A DNA stretch of 64,000 bases from a virus. Location of the stretch: the IMG/VR virus record IMGVR_UViG_3300032308_002092, positions 1 to 64,000 of that record; one strand, given 5' to 3'. The position numbers were made by a program, and so were the translations under genes. Every line of letters starts with the position of its first letter. The first letter of the stretch is position 1. Shown in pieces: positions 19,838 through 30,002 of this stretch. The notes below the pieces were generated by a model. The model was not told the origin of the DNA, ran no database searches, and saw only the letters and a list, made by a program, of their open reading frames with translations.

Positions 19838-20864
19838 GATTCTCTGCGTAGGCGATCTTCATCTCAGTCACACCCGGCTTGCGCTGTGTAGCAGTGTCTT
19901 GAAGTGGATCGCTTCGACTATAGTCGAACACGAACCAGACGCCGTGGTTTACCTAGGTGACGTCTTCGATACCCACGCCGTAATACGCTCGGAGTGTTTG
20001 GGTATCTGGACCAACCATCTACGCAACACCCTAGACTACTGCGCCACCTATTGGATCGCGGGTAACCATGAATTTTTCAAACCCAATGACTCCACTTACA
20101 ATGCCCTCATCCCGTTCGCTGCTTGGCAGCACAAGCACTTAAAGATCGTAACTCAAACAGTAAAACTAGACGGTCTTGGCTTCGTGCCGTATCTACCGCA
20201 CGGCCAGTCTTGGAAGGAGGCGACTAGTGGGTTTCGATCAGATGTTACGTTCACACACAATACTTTTCTTGGAGCAGACCTTGGATCGCGACTCGCTGAA
20301 CAAGGTATTGCTGGCGAAGAAGTTTCTGGAGACCTTATCGTTTCTGGGCATATACATAAGCGACAACAACTCTCAATGGGACGAGGCTCATCTCCTACTA
20401 CAGTACTCTACCCAGGAACACCATACTCCTGGTCGGCGAACGACGTAGATATGACCAAGGGTCTAACCATCCTAGACTCTGACACACTGCAAACTGAGTT
20501 CATCGAGTCCCCGTTTCCAACGTGGCGTAAGGTCGAGGTAGACTTATCTGTAGCCACCGAGATCTCCATACCAGATAGGGTTAGCGCCAAGGATCATCTC
20601 TTGCTGCATCTTACCGGCTCCAGAGCTACTATAAAACCCATAGTAGGCGGTAGGCTAGTAGAAGACCTTAGGTCTAAGTACGCCTCGGTCTCTGTTTCAA
20701 CTAAATTCATAGACTCTGCCAAATCCAATGCCAGTGTAAGCAGCGTCAGCACTAGCTCCATATCTGAAACGGTAGAATCCTTTATGTCAAGGGTATATAA
20801 GGGCTCAGCACAGGCAGAAGACGTCAAGAGGGTGGTTCTAAACGCCCTAGGGGAGAAGAGATGA
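19830..20864 (+). CDS. SbcD/Mre11/T4 gp47-like nuclease
   Basis: GDLH, GDVFD, GNHE, SGHIH, YPGTP motifs. Confidence 0.9.
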   Translation: MSKILCVGDLHLSHTRLALCSSVLKWIASTIVEHEPDAVVYLGDVFDTHAVIRSECLGIWTNHLRNTLDYCATYWIAGNHEFFKPNDSTYNALIPFAAWQHKHLKIVTQTVKLDGLGFVPYLPHGQSWKEATSGFRSDVTFTHNTFLGADLGSRLAEQGIAGEEVSGDLIVSGHIHKRQQLSMGRGSSPTTVLYPGTPYSWSANDVDMTKGLTILDSDTLQTEFIESPFPTWRKVEVDLSVATEISIPDRVSAKDHLLLHLTGSRATIKPIVGGRLVEDLRSKYASVSVSTKFIDSAKSNASVSSVSTSSISETVESFMSRVYKGSAQAEDVKRVVLNALGEKR

Positions 20865-21277
20865 GCATAAGAGAAGAAGATCTTAAGGATCCATCCTACT
20901 GGCTAAAGTGGTCTATAAACGCGGGCTTGGCTACAGATGCAGTCAAAAATTCTTTGTATAGCTACGGATACCTATCCCACAAAGACGTGAAAGCCGCTGA
21001 AGTTGTTATAAATGTTGAGTCAAAGCAAGTTGACTATAAGCTCTACCTGCCAAAGAAAACCCACGCCTCTTACTTCAAATACCATGAGTTGATGAAGTCT
21101 GGGGGTATAATTGACCTATGGCGCGCTAAGCGTCTGTTGAAGAGGTATGGTAACTTGGAGATACACAACGTGCTTATGGACTTCGTATCTAAGCTGTGTG
21201 GATCTGATTGGGCTACCACTGTTTACATCGGACTTGAGGAAGACTTTGTTGAAGACGGAGGAGAAGAGACGGCTTGA
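20861..21277 (+). CDS. Hypothetical protein
   Basis: ATGA overlap with the upstream gene. Confidence 0.7.
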   Translation: MSIREEDLKDPSYWLKWSINAGLATDAVKNSLYSYGYLSHKDVKAAEVVINVESKQVDYKLYLPKKTHASYFKYHELMKSGGIIDLWRAKRLLKRYGNLEIHNVLMDFVSKLCGSDWATTVYIGLEEDFVEDGGEETA

Positions 21278-21686
21278 TGCCATAATGAATCTGACCGAGG
21301 ACCATGAGCTCCAATCTGAGCTGTGGATACTTCTCTCAGAGACTCCCTCTCTTTCTCCAAAGCAAGCTCTAGAAGAAGCTATTCGCAAAGCAAAGACCGA
21401 TGACCTGGTTTTCAGAGCTATGGGTGATCTACTAAAGACACAACCTAAGACTCACACGTTGGTACTGCTTGACTCTCTAGAGCCAATAGAGAGATCCATA
21501 GTGGTCATGATGATGCTGGGTCTCAAGCAAGACACAATACGCGAGTACAACCACTTAAGTTATATACGGTATAACCAAGCGGTTAGCGCCTTAGTATCTT
21601 CTAAGGCCTGGGGGATCTTCATTGAAGAAGAAGCTAAATCTAGAACAGAGACAGGGCTTAGAAGAAGCCCAGGTAAGAACTGCTGA
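21249..21686 (+). CDS. Degenerate ECF-sigma-like protein
   Basis: TTG start after GAGGA; ELQSELWILL (region 2-like) and LDSLEPIERSIVVMMMLGLKQDTI (region 4-like). Confidence 0.45.
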   Translation: MKTEEKRRLDAIMNLTEDHELQSELWILLSETPSLSPKQALEEAIRKAKTDDLVFRAMGDLLKTQPKTHTLVLLDSLEPIERSIVVMMMLGLKQDTIREYNHLSYIRYNQAVSALVSSKAWGIFIEEEAKSRTETGLRRSPGKNC

Positions 21687-22224
21687 GACATACCTAAACA
21701 TCCATGGTAACAACCCGCTTTCTGACTTAGAGTCAGCCCCGATGCTGGAAGCATTTCTGGTTGGCTACTCTATAGACGAAGTGGCAGACCGGTATCCGCA
21801 CGCAGATAGGCAGAAGCTTATCTACACGGCTGCAGTTAATGGGTGGGCAAAGAAGCGCCAAGAGGTAGCAGCATCTATCTATGACAGGGTTAGAGCTAAG
21901 TTAGTTCGCTCTGTCGTGGAGCAAGTAGACCACATGACCGACTTGCTTTCGGTAGCGTCCACAGAATCCAAGGCACAGATAGCGGCGTATCTACAAGACC
22001 CTGTTGCAAACCCGCCGCCGCAGAATAGAATTAGATCCATGAAGGAATACAAAGACGCCATCGAGTCTTTGATGAAACTAACCGAGAAGGTATCGGTCCT
22101 AGGCTCCAACAGGGACAACGCTAAAGGTAGCTCTAAGCAGAAGGCTAGAGCAAAGACAGACTCTGGCTACTCTTCTAAGGAAGCAGCTACGCTAGCTCTA
22201 CTCGCTGGTGATGACAGTGAGTAA
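21622..22224 (+). CDS. Putative terminase small subunit
   Basis: N-terminal HTH-like segment (GYSIDEVADRY), helical body, immediately upstream of TerL. Confidence 0.5.
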   Translation: MKKKLNLEQRQGLEEAQVRTAETYLNIHGNNPLSDLESAPMLEAFLVGYSIDEVADRYPHADRQKLIYTAAVNGWAKKRQEVAASIYDRVRAKLVRSVVEQVDHMTDLLSVASTESKAQIAAYLQDPVANPPPQNRIRSMKEYKDAIESLMKLTEKVSVLGSNRDNAKGSSKQKARAKTDSGYSSKEAATLALLAGDDSE

Positions 22225-24328
22225 GCATCGAAAACAAATGTTGAACGTAGGCAAGAAGTGTACTTATGGTGTATGTGAGAAGCCCGCATTCTCCCGCACA
22301 CTCTGTAGGTACCATTACCGTCTAGTTCACGACGAAGGTGGTCTAGCAGAAGAGAAGAAGCTAAATAAAGAGCTAGACAAGAAAGAGGCGAAGGAGAAGA
22401 AGCGTCTTCAGACGCTCAGTGCTCTTTCTGATGAAGAGCTTAAAACTCTATTTCTGACGCCGTGCAAGACTAGACAAGAGCTCATGAACTTCGTTAAGTT
22501 CTTCTTTGGTCTCCACATGCCCGAAGTCAACGTATCTCGCTACACGGATACAAATCCGTTCGATGCTCTATGGGAACTGTACCAAATAACGGTCCTAAAT
22601 AAGAACCCAGATAATATAAAAGAACTTGTGTACTGCGCCAGTCGTGGCTCAGGGAAAACGCTTTCTGTTGCTATTGCTCAGCTACTTGCTGTTGTTCATG
22701 GTAAGCGAGACGTGGTTCACGTTGGAGCTATCCTAAGTCAGGCCGAGCGTTGCTACGCTTATGTCAAGGGCTTCATACTCGCTCGATATGTCAAGAACAT
22801 TCTTTCTCCGCCAGGAGTCACAGAAGACAACCGAATCCTACGCAAAGACACGATGCACAAGTCGATCCTAAACTTCGGCACTCGCGACCATACCATCGAG
22901 ATCGTACCTTGTACGCTCAAGGCTGTCAACGGACCACACGTTAGTTTTGTTACTGTGGACGAAGTGGATACGCTTGCTACTGGTGAGCAGATGAAGGCCT
23001 ACAAAGACATCTCGGGTATGCTTGACTCTCGTGATGGCAAGAAGCCACTGCGTGTAAACATCTCTACCAGAAAGTCCCGCTACGGACTGATGAACCAACT
23101 CATGGAGAACGCGGAGAAGCAGGGTAGGACGGTTCGTCGCTGGACTGTCTTTGAGTTCATGGAACGTTGCCCAGAATCTAGGTCTGGAGTTGGCAAGCAG
23201 TCTTACTACATCGATCAGATGAAGTTCGACACTAAGACCGAAGCCGAGTTCGTGAATGTACCAGAACAGGCCAAGAAAGAATACGCGAAGCACGACATGT
23301 ACGTAGGTTGCTACAAGTGTCCAATCGCACCAATTTGCCTAGGTGATGCCAAGAAGCAAGTCTCTAAGTCACCGATGCTCAAATCTATCGATGAGATCGG
23401 TCAGAAGGTGTTATCTGAAGGACCAGACTGGGCTCTGTCTCAGCTCATGAATCTGAAGCCATCTGTTGAGGGCATAGTCTACAAAGAGTTCGATGAGCGC
23501 CAACACATCTGCTCATGGAACAAGATGTGGGAGAAACTAACATCAACTAACTTCCCCGGTACTTGCGACCACGACACCTTCGTGAAGAAGTGTTTATCCA
23601 TGGGGCTACAAGCTTACGCCGGTATCGACTGGGGTTGGAGTAACCCATCTACGTTAGTCGTATTTTTTATAGATAAGAAAGAGAACGTGTTTGTCGTTAG
23701 GTGCGATGGGCAAACCTATATCTCCAACCCTACTTGGATCAACTACATTAAAACTAAGTGGCACAATAAATACAAGGTGAGCCTATACTCCCCTGACTCC
23801 GCAGATCCAGGCAACATACAGGAGATGCAGAAAGCTGGTCTGCCTACCTCAGATAAAGCAGGCAAGTCTAAGATCTCTACTGGGGTGCAGGTTATCAAAA
23901 AGTGGCTCAAGGCGCCTGGCTCAGGTGAGGCCAAGATCTTCCTCTCAGAAGAGACCTGTCTGCCAATGATCAAAGAGTTCCAGTCCTACCACTATAAGAC
24001 CTCGCCTGATGGCATAGTGAGCGACGATATCGACACAGAGTACGACCACTGGTTGGACGCGCTTCGCTACGCTATGGAGGGGATCTTCGGTAAGGCCTCA
24101 GTAATACTATCTTCTGAGTCTATGGAGTCCATGGACACTACAACTATAGTCAACGCCAGTGGTCAGTACCTAAGACCGCCCACACCATCCGAGTGGGCGC
24201 AAGTCAATAATATTACGATCAATAGCCCAGATACAACCAAGATAGGCAAGGTGGGCAGGTGGTCAGAGCTAGAGGGCGATGATGACCTAGATGTGGGTGG
24301 CGAAGGCGGCATGATGTGGACGTTCTGA
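22208..24328 (+). CDS. terL: Terminase large subunit
   Basis: ASRGSGKT Walker A, VTVDEVD Walker B, GIDWG and DHWLDALRYA nuclease motifs; extra N-terminal CxxxxC...CxxH finger. Confidence 0.93.
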   Translation: MMTVSKHRKQMLNVGKKCTYGVCEKPAFSRTLCRYHYRLVHDEGGLAEEKKLNKELDKKEAKEKKRLQTLSALSDEELKTLFLTPCKTRQELMNFVKFFFGLHMPEVNVSRYTDTNPFDALWELYQITVLNKNPDNIKELVYCASRGSGKTLSVAIAQLLAVVHGKRDVVHVGAILSQAERCYAYVKGFILARYVKNILSPPGVTEDNRILRKDTMHKSILNFGTRDHTIEIVPCTLKAVNGPHVSFVTVDEVDTLATGEQMKAYKDISGMLDSRDGKKPLRVNISTRKSRYGLMNQLMENAEKQGRTVRRWTVFEFMERCPESRSGVGKQSYYIDQMKFDTKTEAEFVNVPEQAKKEYAKHDMYVGCYKCPIAPICLGDAKKQVSKSPMLKSIDEIGQKVLSEGPDWALSQLMNLKPSVEGIVYKEFDERQHICSWNKMWEKLTSTNFPGTCDHDTFVKKCLSMGLQAYAGIDWGWSNPSTLVVFFIDKKENVFVVRCDGQTYISNPTWINYIKTKWHNKYKVSLYSPDSADPGNIQEMQKAGLPTSDKAGKSKISTGVQVIKKWLKAPGSGEAKIFLSEETCLPMIKEFQSYHYKTSPDGIVSDDIDTEYDHWLDALRYAMEGIFGKASVILSSESMESMDTTTIVNASGQYLRPPTPSEWAQVNNITINSPDTTKIGKVGRWSELEGDDDLDVGGEGGMMWTF

Positions 24329-24377
24329 AAAAGTATAAGGCCACTATTGCGTTGTGCTACCTAATAAAGAGCAATAA

Positions 24378-24385
24378 GGTATAAT
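24378..24385 (+). promoter_or_regulatory. Putative promoter GGTATAAT
   Basis: Upstream of the portal RBS (AGGAG). Confidence 0.6.
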
Positions 24386-24410
24386 CATTAAGAAGCATTA
24401 GGAGAAGCAG

Positions 24411-26372
24411 ATGGCCAATTGGTTTGACGACCTACGAAATTCGCTGATAGACTCGTTGAAGTCTGACATCAAACAAGCCACTTTAACTGGCTTGGAAGAG
24501 CCACTCGAGAAGTCTGCCGCACCAGATAATGGTGAGACTGTGGGCCGCAAGGCGCTACTGCTCGATCCTTACTACGAGAACACCTCTGCCAACTACTACC
24601 TCACTAGAGGTAGACTATCTCGTATCTCAAACAGGACGCTCAAGGACATATCGGTTCGCGACTGGCTTGTTTCCGTAATCATTCAAAACCGCGTAGACAC
24701 TTTCCTACGCTTTGCTAGACCTGCCCACGACCGCTTCAAGATGGGTTACAAGTTCTCCCGCCGCGATGGTCAACAGGTGACAGATGAAGACAGAGAGCAG
24801 ATTCATTTTCTAGAAAACTTCGTCTACAATTGCGGCAGAACAGACAGTCTCCCCAGTGGCGATGAGATGAACTTCGGTGAGTTCCTAAAACTGACCGTCA
24901 GAGACGCACTTACGTTTGGCTACATCGGTGTCGAGAAGATCCTCACCAGAAGCCAAACACTACACCGCTTCCGACCAATCCCTGCTGAGACTCTCTATAG
25001 GATCAACCCGCAGAGCAGCAGGGAAGTGGTTGAACAAACTGCAGAAAGTGCTAGGTCTACCTACCACAGGAAGAAATCAGACAACGATCCCAAGTCAGAA
25101 GGTACCATATACCCACGTGAGATCGACTACTACAAATACGTTCAAGTCACTTCAGATGGGTTGCCTATTGCTGTGTTTGGTGACGAAGACCTTATCTTCA
25201 AACTAGCCAACGCACAGAACTTCGCTGACTCCAATGGCTACTGTATCTCAGTGGTTGAGCAAGCTGTGATCATGATCACCAGCCACTTGAATGTAGAGAA
25301 CTACAACGCAAACTACTTCACCCACGGCTACGCTTCCAAGGGTATACTGCACCTCAAGGGTACGGTCACACAGAATGCGCTAGCTGCGTTTCGCCGTCAA
25401 TTCTACAACACCATCTCTGGTACTCAGAACGCTTGGCGCACACCTATAGTCGCTGGTCTAGATGATGTACAGTGGGTGCCAATGTCTGGCTCCGCTAGAG
25501 AGATGGAGTATATCAACTTCAACTCGCATATCATGCGTGCCATCTGCGCTCAGTTCCAAATCGACCCGATCGAAGTCGGTCTAGACTACCTCACTTCGGC
25601 CAATGGTCGTGCTGCATCCAATGCCAAGGAATCAGGCCAATTCAAGATCACCTACTCCCGTGAGCGCGGCTTATTGCCACTACTGCTCATGGTCGAAGAC
25701 ATGATCAACAGCGATATAATCAAGGCCTATGACTCGGAGTTGGCCGATAAGTATATCTTCAAGTTTCATGGCTATGACGATAACACCGCTCAGACTGACG
25801 TGGCACTGCGCCAAGCCCAGATGACTACGTTTGCTTCGATGAATGACCTGCTAGTAGCAGAGGGTAAGAAGAAGATAGAGCTACCAGTGGCTGATGTGCC
25901 GCTGAACCAATCTTTCTGGGGCTTGATTGAGAAAAACTACACTCGTGGCGAAATTAGAGAGTTCTTCTTCGGTGACAAAGGTGCATCTAAGCGACCTGAA
26001 CTCCAGTATCTGCCTGCTGATCCACAGTTCCTAGCTTGGTCGCAGATGCTCCTAACCATGTCTTCCCAGAAGAAGCAAATGGAAGACCAGAAGGAAGCAC
26101 AAGAGCAACAGCAGCAACAACAGCAGCAGCAGTTGGAGCAACAGCAGGAGCAAGCCGACCACGACAAGCAGCTACAGCTAGGCCAAGACCAACGTGAGCA
26201 AGAAAAGCACAAGCAAGAGATGTCTACTGTAGAAGATCAGAAAGCACAAGCAGCAGTCAACCATGGCCAAAGTCTACACGACGCAGCGAAGTTATTTGGC
26301 GCCAGTGGCGCAGACCACGTGGGTGGCAAGATAATGAAGAACCCAATGAATTTGTTTTCAGATGAAGAATAA
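24411..26372 (+). CDS. Portal protein
   Basis: Follows TerL; YNANYFTHG..KGIL, NAWRTPIV, EMEY, FQIDP.E.G portal motifs; poly-Q C-terminal extension. Confidence 0.9.
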   Translation: MANWFDDLRNSLIDSLKSDIKQATLTGLEEPLEKSAAPDNGETVGRKALLLDPYYENTSANYYLTRGRLSRISNRTLKDISVRDWLVSVIIQNRVDTFLRFARPAHDRFKMGYKFSRRDGQQVTDEDREQIHFLENFVYNCGRTDSLPSGDEMNFGEFLKLTVRDALTFGYIGVEKILTRSQTLHRFRPIPAETLYRINPQSSREVVEQTAESARSTYHRKKSDNDPKSEGTIYPREIDYYKYVQVTSDGLPIAVFGDEDLIFKLANAQNFADSNGYCISVVEQAVIMITSHLNVENYNANYFTHGYASKGILHLKGTVTQNALAAFRRQFYNTISGTQNAWRTPIVAGLDDVQWVPMSGSAREMEYINFNSHIMRAICAQFQIDPIEVGLDYLTSANGRAASNAKESGQFKITYSRERGLLPLLLMVEDMINSDIIKAYDSELADKYIFKFHGYDDNTAQTDVALRQAQMTTFASMNDLLVAEGKKKIELPVADVPLNQSFWGLIEKNYTRGEIREFFFGDKGASKRPELQYLPADPQFLAWSQMLLTMSSQKKQMEDQKEAQEQQQQQQQQQLEQQQEQADHDKQLQLGQDQREQEKHKQEMSTVEDQKAQAAVNHGQSLHDAAKLFGASGADHVGGKIMKNPMNLFSDEE

Positions 26373-26402
26373 GAAAGCGTCTACCCAGTAGCGTGACTAA
26401 CT

Positions 26403-27203
26403 ATGACCATACAAGACAATGAAGACATACTGGGGTCGGTAGAGAGCATTAGGCGTAGGTTTAAAACTGAAGCCAAACGCGACCCTGACGCCGTAAAGAT
26501 GTCCTTCCTAGATGAGGTCAATGCGCTAGTCCGCAAGATCTTTCGCGAAGATGACGTTAGTGTCTACGATGCGTTCTCGCCAGAGATGCTTGAAAAATGG
26601 AAGCGACGTCGCCTCAGGCGTCTACTGAGTAAGGTAAACCCACACAAGATTTTCTTGTTCCTACTGTTGCTGACCATAACCGGTTTCTTGGTCACTCAAG
26701 CCTTACCCTTCTATGCTCTTGACGGTGTGATATCCACAAGCACTTGGGTGCAAGCTATACTCACTGAGATTTGCTTTGTGTTCGTCAGCTCATACAGGGC
26801 GGTTGGGTGGTTTCAGACCTCCATCGCCTACGTAGCTAGAGCTGGGATATTCTCACTGATGCTCTTTGTAGTGTCGGCTGAGGTGTTGATGCAGGGTACC
26901 AATCAAGTCAATGAGATCAACGTCATTGCCCAGAAGATAGAGATCATCCAAGAGCAGATAAAGCAGAAGGATGATCTGATCAAGTTCTACAGGGACAAGG
27001 GTTGGGGAAACTCTACTAAGAAGCAGTCTGATGAGAAAGATGCTCTACTGAAGGAGCTACTGAACCTCAAGAACCAGCAGATAGAAGGTAAGAACCAGGA
27101 AGTCTCAGATATAGTTCAGTACAAGACATGGGGTAAGGCGTTCTTTCGAGTGGTCTTGATTCTCATGTCCGTACTGATCTCTAGGCGACTATTCAGTCTC
27201 TAG
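26403..27203 (+). CDS. Multi-TM membrane protein with coiled coil
   Basis: Three to four hydrophobic segments and a heptad region. Confidence 0.7.
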   Translation: MTIQDNEDILGSVESIRRRFKTEAKRDPDAVKMSFLDEVNALVRKIFREDDVSVYDAFSPEMLEKWKRRRLRRLLSKVNPHKIFLFLLLLTITGFLVTQALPFYALDGVISTSTWVQAILTEICFVFVSSYRAVGWFQTSIAYVARAGIFSLMLFVVSAEVLMQGTNQVNEINVIAQKIEIIQEQIKQKDDLIKFYRDKGWGNSTKKQSDEKDALLKELLNLKNQQIEGKNQEVSDIVQYKTWGKAFFRVVLILMSVLISRRLFSL

Positions 27204-27364
27204 TCTTCTACAGCAACTACTTCTTTCTCTATCTTAGCTTCTTCTTTGGGTGCCTTAGCTTTTGCCTTAGGTGCGGGTTCCTTCTTTGCGGAAGGAGCCT
27301 TAGGACCCTTAGCTGCTAGTTCTTCCAAGATAGCCTTCATTCTCTCGATATTTTCTTGTCTCAT
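27200..27364 (-). CDS. Small K/A/P/E-rich protein (54 aa, MRQENIERMKAILEELAAKGPKAPS...), not in the ORF track
   Basis: AAGGAG RBS, directly downstream of the 27375-28001 gene. Confidence 0.7.
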   Translation of the reverse strand: MRQENIERMKAILEELAAKGPKAPSAKKEPAPKAKAKAPKEEAKIEKEVVAVED

Positions 27365-27374
27365 GGCTTACTCC

Positions 27375-28001
27375 TTAAGCGTCTGGATCTAGTACGGTTA
27401 CTTTGAAAGCTGCGTGTGCTCCATTTACGGAGCCTGCGTCCAAAGCTGCCAGCGATGCGTTCATATCGGTCTGCAGCTCAGAGAGTGCAGCCAAGATGTC
27501 GTCCGCTAGGCTCTTGTTCGCCAACGCAGAGCGCAGTGAAACCCTTAGGGTAGCCTTGTGCTGTGCGCCGCCGAGGAAGTCATCTGGATTTACAACAGAT
27601 ACACCAGCCGTGGCAACCCAGTCAGTTGCAGCAAGCGTTCCAGCTTCTGCATCTAGCTTGGCCAACATAACAGCGTAAGCCGTAGCCGACTCAGCGATGG
27701 TCTCGATGATCTCGTCCGCTAGCTTCTTGTGAGCTAGTGCAGAGCGTAAGGCTTGCCTAAGCGTAGCCTTGTGCTGTGCTCCGCCAATGCCTACGTCAGC
27801 GTTGATTGGAGTAACTGCTGCAGCTGAAGCCACGTAGTCTGTATCCAATGCCACATCTGTGTCTGCATCGAGCTTGTCCATAGTCCCGTTCCAGCTTGCC
27901 TGAAGCGAGTTGATCGCAGCCAGAACCTGGTCTGCTGCCTTCTTGTGGGCTAGTGCAGAGCGTAGTGCCTGCCTCCTGGTAGCCCTGTGTTGTCCTGCCA
28001 T
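27375..28001 (-). CDS. Ala-rich protein with three internal repeats (putative structural protein)
   Basis: ATG 28001 after GGAGG; QH(R/K)AT.R..LRSALA.K..AD occurs three times. Confidence 0.8.
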   Translation of the reverse strand: MAGQHRATRRQALRSALAHKKAADQVLAAINSLQASWNGTMDKLDADTDVALDTDYVASAAAVTPINADVGIGGAQHKATLRQALRSALAHKKLADEIIETIAESATAYAVMLAKLDAEAGTLAATDWVATAGVSVVNPDDFLGGAQHKATLRVSLRSALANKSLADDILAALSELQTDMNASLAALDAGSVNGAHAAFKVTVLDPDA

Positions 28002-28126
28002 TAGTTGTATCCTCCATATAAGACGCACGATTATTCGTGTCAACTAACCCTATTACTATATCACGGTCTTTGTGTAGGTTTAAGTTGGACGATACCCTTA
28101 TCCCCACTTACTCATTGAAAACACAC

Positions 28127-28136
28127 GGGTATAAAT
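28127..28136 (+). promoter_or_regulatory. Putative promoter GGGTATAAAT in a divergent intergenic region
   Basis: Motif family; a related GATATAGTAATA lies on the - strand at about 28051-28062. Confidence 0.55.
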
Positions 28137-28162
28137 CAATAATGGAATAGATAGGAGACAAT

Positions 28163-29011
28163 ATGGCTTGGATTATCCTAGAGGGCGCAGATAAAGTAGG
28201 CAAGTCGACCGTGGCTAAACACTACGAGTCCAAGGGTTTTCAAGTCATACACTTCTCTGCCCCACCCAAAAAGTACTATGCCCCAGGCTATGCTGGCCCA
28301 AGCTACGTAGATGACTTGGTCGAGCGCTTAGTCCCACTATCCGGCAAGGATGTCTTATTCGACCGGTCCTGGTATGGTGAGCTCATCTGGTCCAAAGTCT
28401 ACAACCGTCCATGCCTAATAAACGAAGATGACCTAGAGCTGCTCTCAGAACTAGAGCAGCAGAACGACACGCGTAAAATCCTTCTACACGACCCAGACGT
28501 AGAAGCCCACTGGAAGAGGTGCGTCGAGAACAATGAGCCAGTCAACAGACAACAGTTCCTCCTCGTTAATCAGCTCTTCGAAGGACTTTGTAAACAACGC
28601 GCTTTTGAGAGGCTGGATTACAAGTCACTTCTCAGTGAGGGAAGGGGTGATACTAATAAGCCCAGCAATAGTAGCAACGACGCCGTCGTGGGACATAGCG
28701 AACCTACTGTGCCTCCTAGACAAGATGGAGATACTAGTAGTGAAACAAGCAAGTTGGAAAGAGTTCTATCCATGACGCCAGAGCAAAAACGCCTCGCAGA
28801 GGCCAATGCAATCAACGATGTACTCTCCAGGCCTATCGTGAAACACAAGGGTGATCACTTCCAGTCTATCGAGGCTAAGATTCGCGCTTTCTTGAACGAC
28901 GAGCTCGCGGTCCTCTTGGGTACAAAGCAAGAAGTAGAGGTTGCCTCTCTATCTAAAGACGAGATCTTATTTATTAAAACGCTAGTCAGCAAAGCAGGAG
29001 TAAAGAGATGA
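28163..29011 (+). CDS. dNMP (thymidylate-like) kinase with C-terminal extension
   Basis: IILEGADKVGKST P-loop, FDRSWYGE motif. Confidence 0.85.
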   Translation: MAWIILEGADKVGKSTVAKHYESKGFQVIHFSAPPKKYYAPGYAGPSYVDDLVERLVPLSGKDVLFDRSWYGELIWSKVYNRPCLINEDDLELLSELEQQNDTRKILLHDPDVEAHWKRCVENNEPVNRQQFLLVNQLFEGLCKQRAFERLDYKSLLSEGRGDTNKPSNSSNDAVVGHSEPTVPPRQDGDTSSETSKLERVLSMTPEQKRLAEANAINDVLSRPIVKHKGDHFQSIEAKIRAFLNDELAVLLGTKQEVEVASLSKDEILFIKTLVSKAGVKR

Positions 29012-29553
29012 AGCAGACAGGAATCAACAAGCCAAATCAACTAGAGCGAGTAACTCTGTTAGAGAAGACTGCGGAGACACTCTCGATGGGTGTACGCGTA
29101 TCTCAGATGCTCGTGCAACAGATAATGCAGCGAGTGGCTCAGTTAGAAGAAAGACTCGCTTTCGTAGTGTCATCTAACAACGACCTACAGTACCGCCTAC
29201 TCGCGTTACAAAAAGTCACCAACGTAGATGTTGCTACCCTTCAAGCCGAAGCAGACCGCATCAAGTTGGAAGAATGGAACAAGGCATCAGCCGAAGACAC
29301 CAAGTCCCGCAACCTAGTCCCAGCGGACGAAGTCTTAGATGAGAGCTCCATCGTAGTTATTACGTCCTCAACTCCCGGCCAAGACGACAAGGGTATCTTC
29401 CGCTCCAAGGTCTCGGTCGCAGAGATCGGCTCTAACGAAGCTACAGATAAGTTCAAGGGTAAGAAGCCAGGCGATAAGTTTGAGCTCGAGCTCGCGGGCA
29501 ACACCCACGTGGTTGAGTTGCTAGAAGTCTACAGTCAACAAGGTCAGCAATGA
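29008..29553 (+). CDS. Coiled-coil protein with GreA-C/FKBP-like C-terminal domain
   Basis: N-terminal heptads; C-terminal FKGKKPGDKFELELAGNTHVVELLEV. Confidence 0.5.
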   Translation: MKQTGINKPNQLERVTLLEKTAETLSMGVRVSQMLVQQIMQRVAQLEERLAFVVSSNNDLQYRLLALQKVTNVDVATLQAEADRIKLEEWNKASAEDTKSRNLVPADEVLDESSIVVITSSTPGQDDKGIFRSKVSVAEIGSNEATDKFKGKKPGDKFELELAGNTHVVELLEVYSQQGQQ

Positions 29554-30002
29554 CAGATGACCTTCGCTCTCGCTTTAAAAAGTCTTGTCCACTGCAGATG
29601 CAAAACCTACCCAAGCACTGGGCTTCGGGTGGGCAAAAGTTACACTACTGCCCCGTAGCGGTAACAAGACTAAAAGCGATACGAGCGGCTAGGGCAGATG
29701 GAAAGGTCCTCACTCAAGAGGAGGAAGCCCAGCTACCTGGGTGTCCTTGGGCCGTCAAGTCTCAGATGTCGGGATACTGCTGGTTCATCTACGAAGCTAT
29801 CTCTATGCCAGAGCAGCCAACCCTAGATGCCGATATAGCTGCTATCCTAGATCTACCAGTGGATCAGGTCAAGTCATGCGCCCTTAGTGCCGCACAGAAG
29901 ATACTATCTAACCCAGAGGTCACTAGCTTAAAAGAGGCACTGATCTCTGAGACCAATGGCTCCAGGCTGTCTTTGGAGGATGAGCATGTATATTTCGACT
30001 GA
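29550..30002 (+). CDS. Cys-cluster protein with sigma region-4-like HTH
   Basis: CP..CP..CPW..CWF followed by DIAAILDLPVDQVKSCALSAAQKI. Confidence 0.5.
   Translation: MTDDLRSRFKKSCPLQMQNLPKHWASGGQKLHYCPVAVTRLKAIRAARADGKVLTQEEEAQLPGCPWAVKSQMSGYCWFIYEAISMPEQPTLDADIAAILDLPVDQVKSCALSAAQKILSNPEVTSLKEALISETNGSRLSLEDEHVYFD

Noticed and set aside
12247-24328. Inteins or introns in DnaE, RecA or TerL
   Set aside because: No intein splice-junction or LAGLIDADG motifs, and conserved motifs are contiguous
26097-26153. CAG/CAA run as a regulatory microsatellite
   Set aside because: Mixed codons encoding a poly-Q linker in the portal tail
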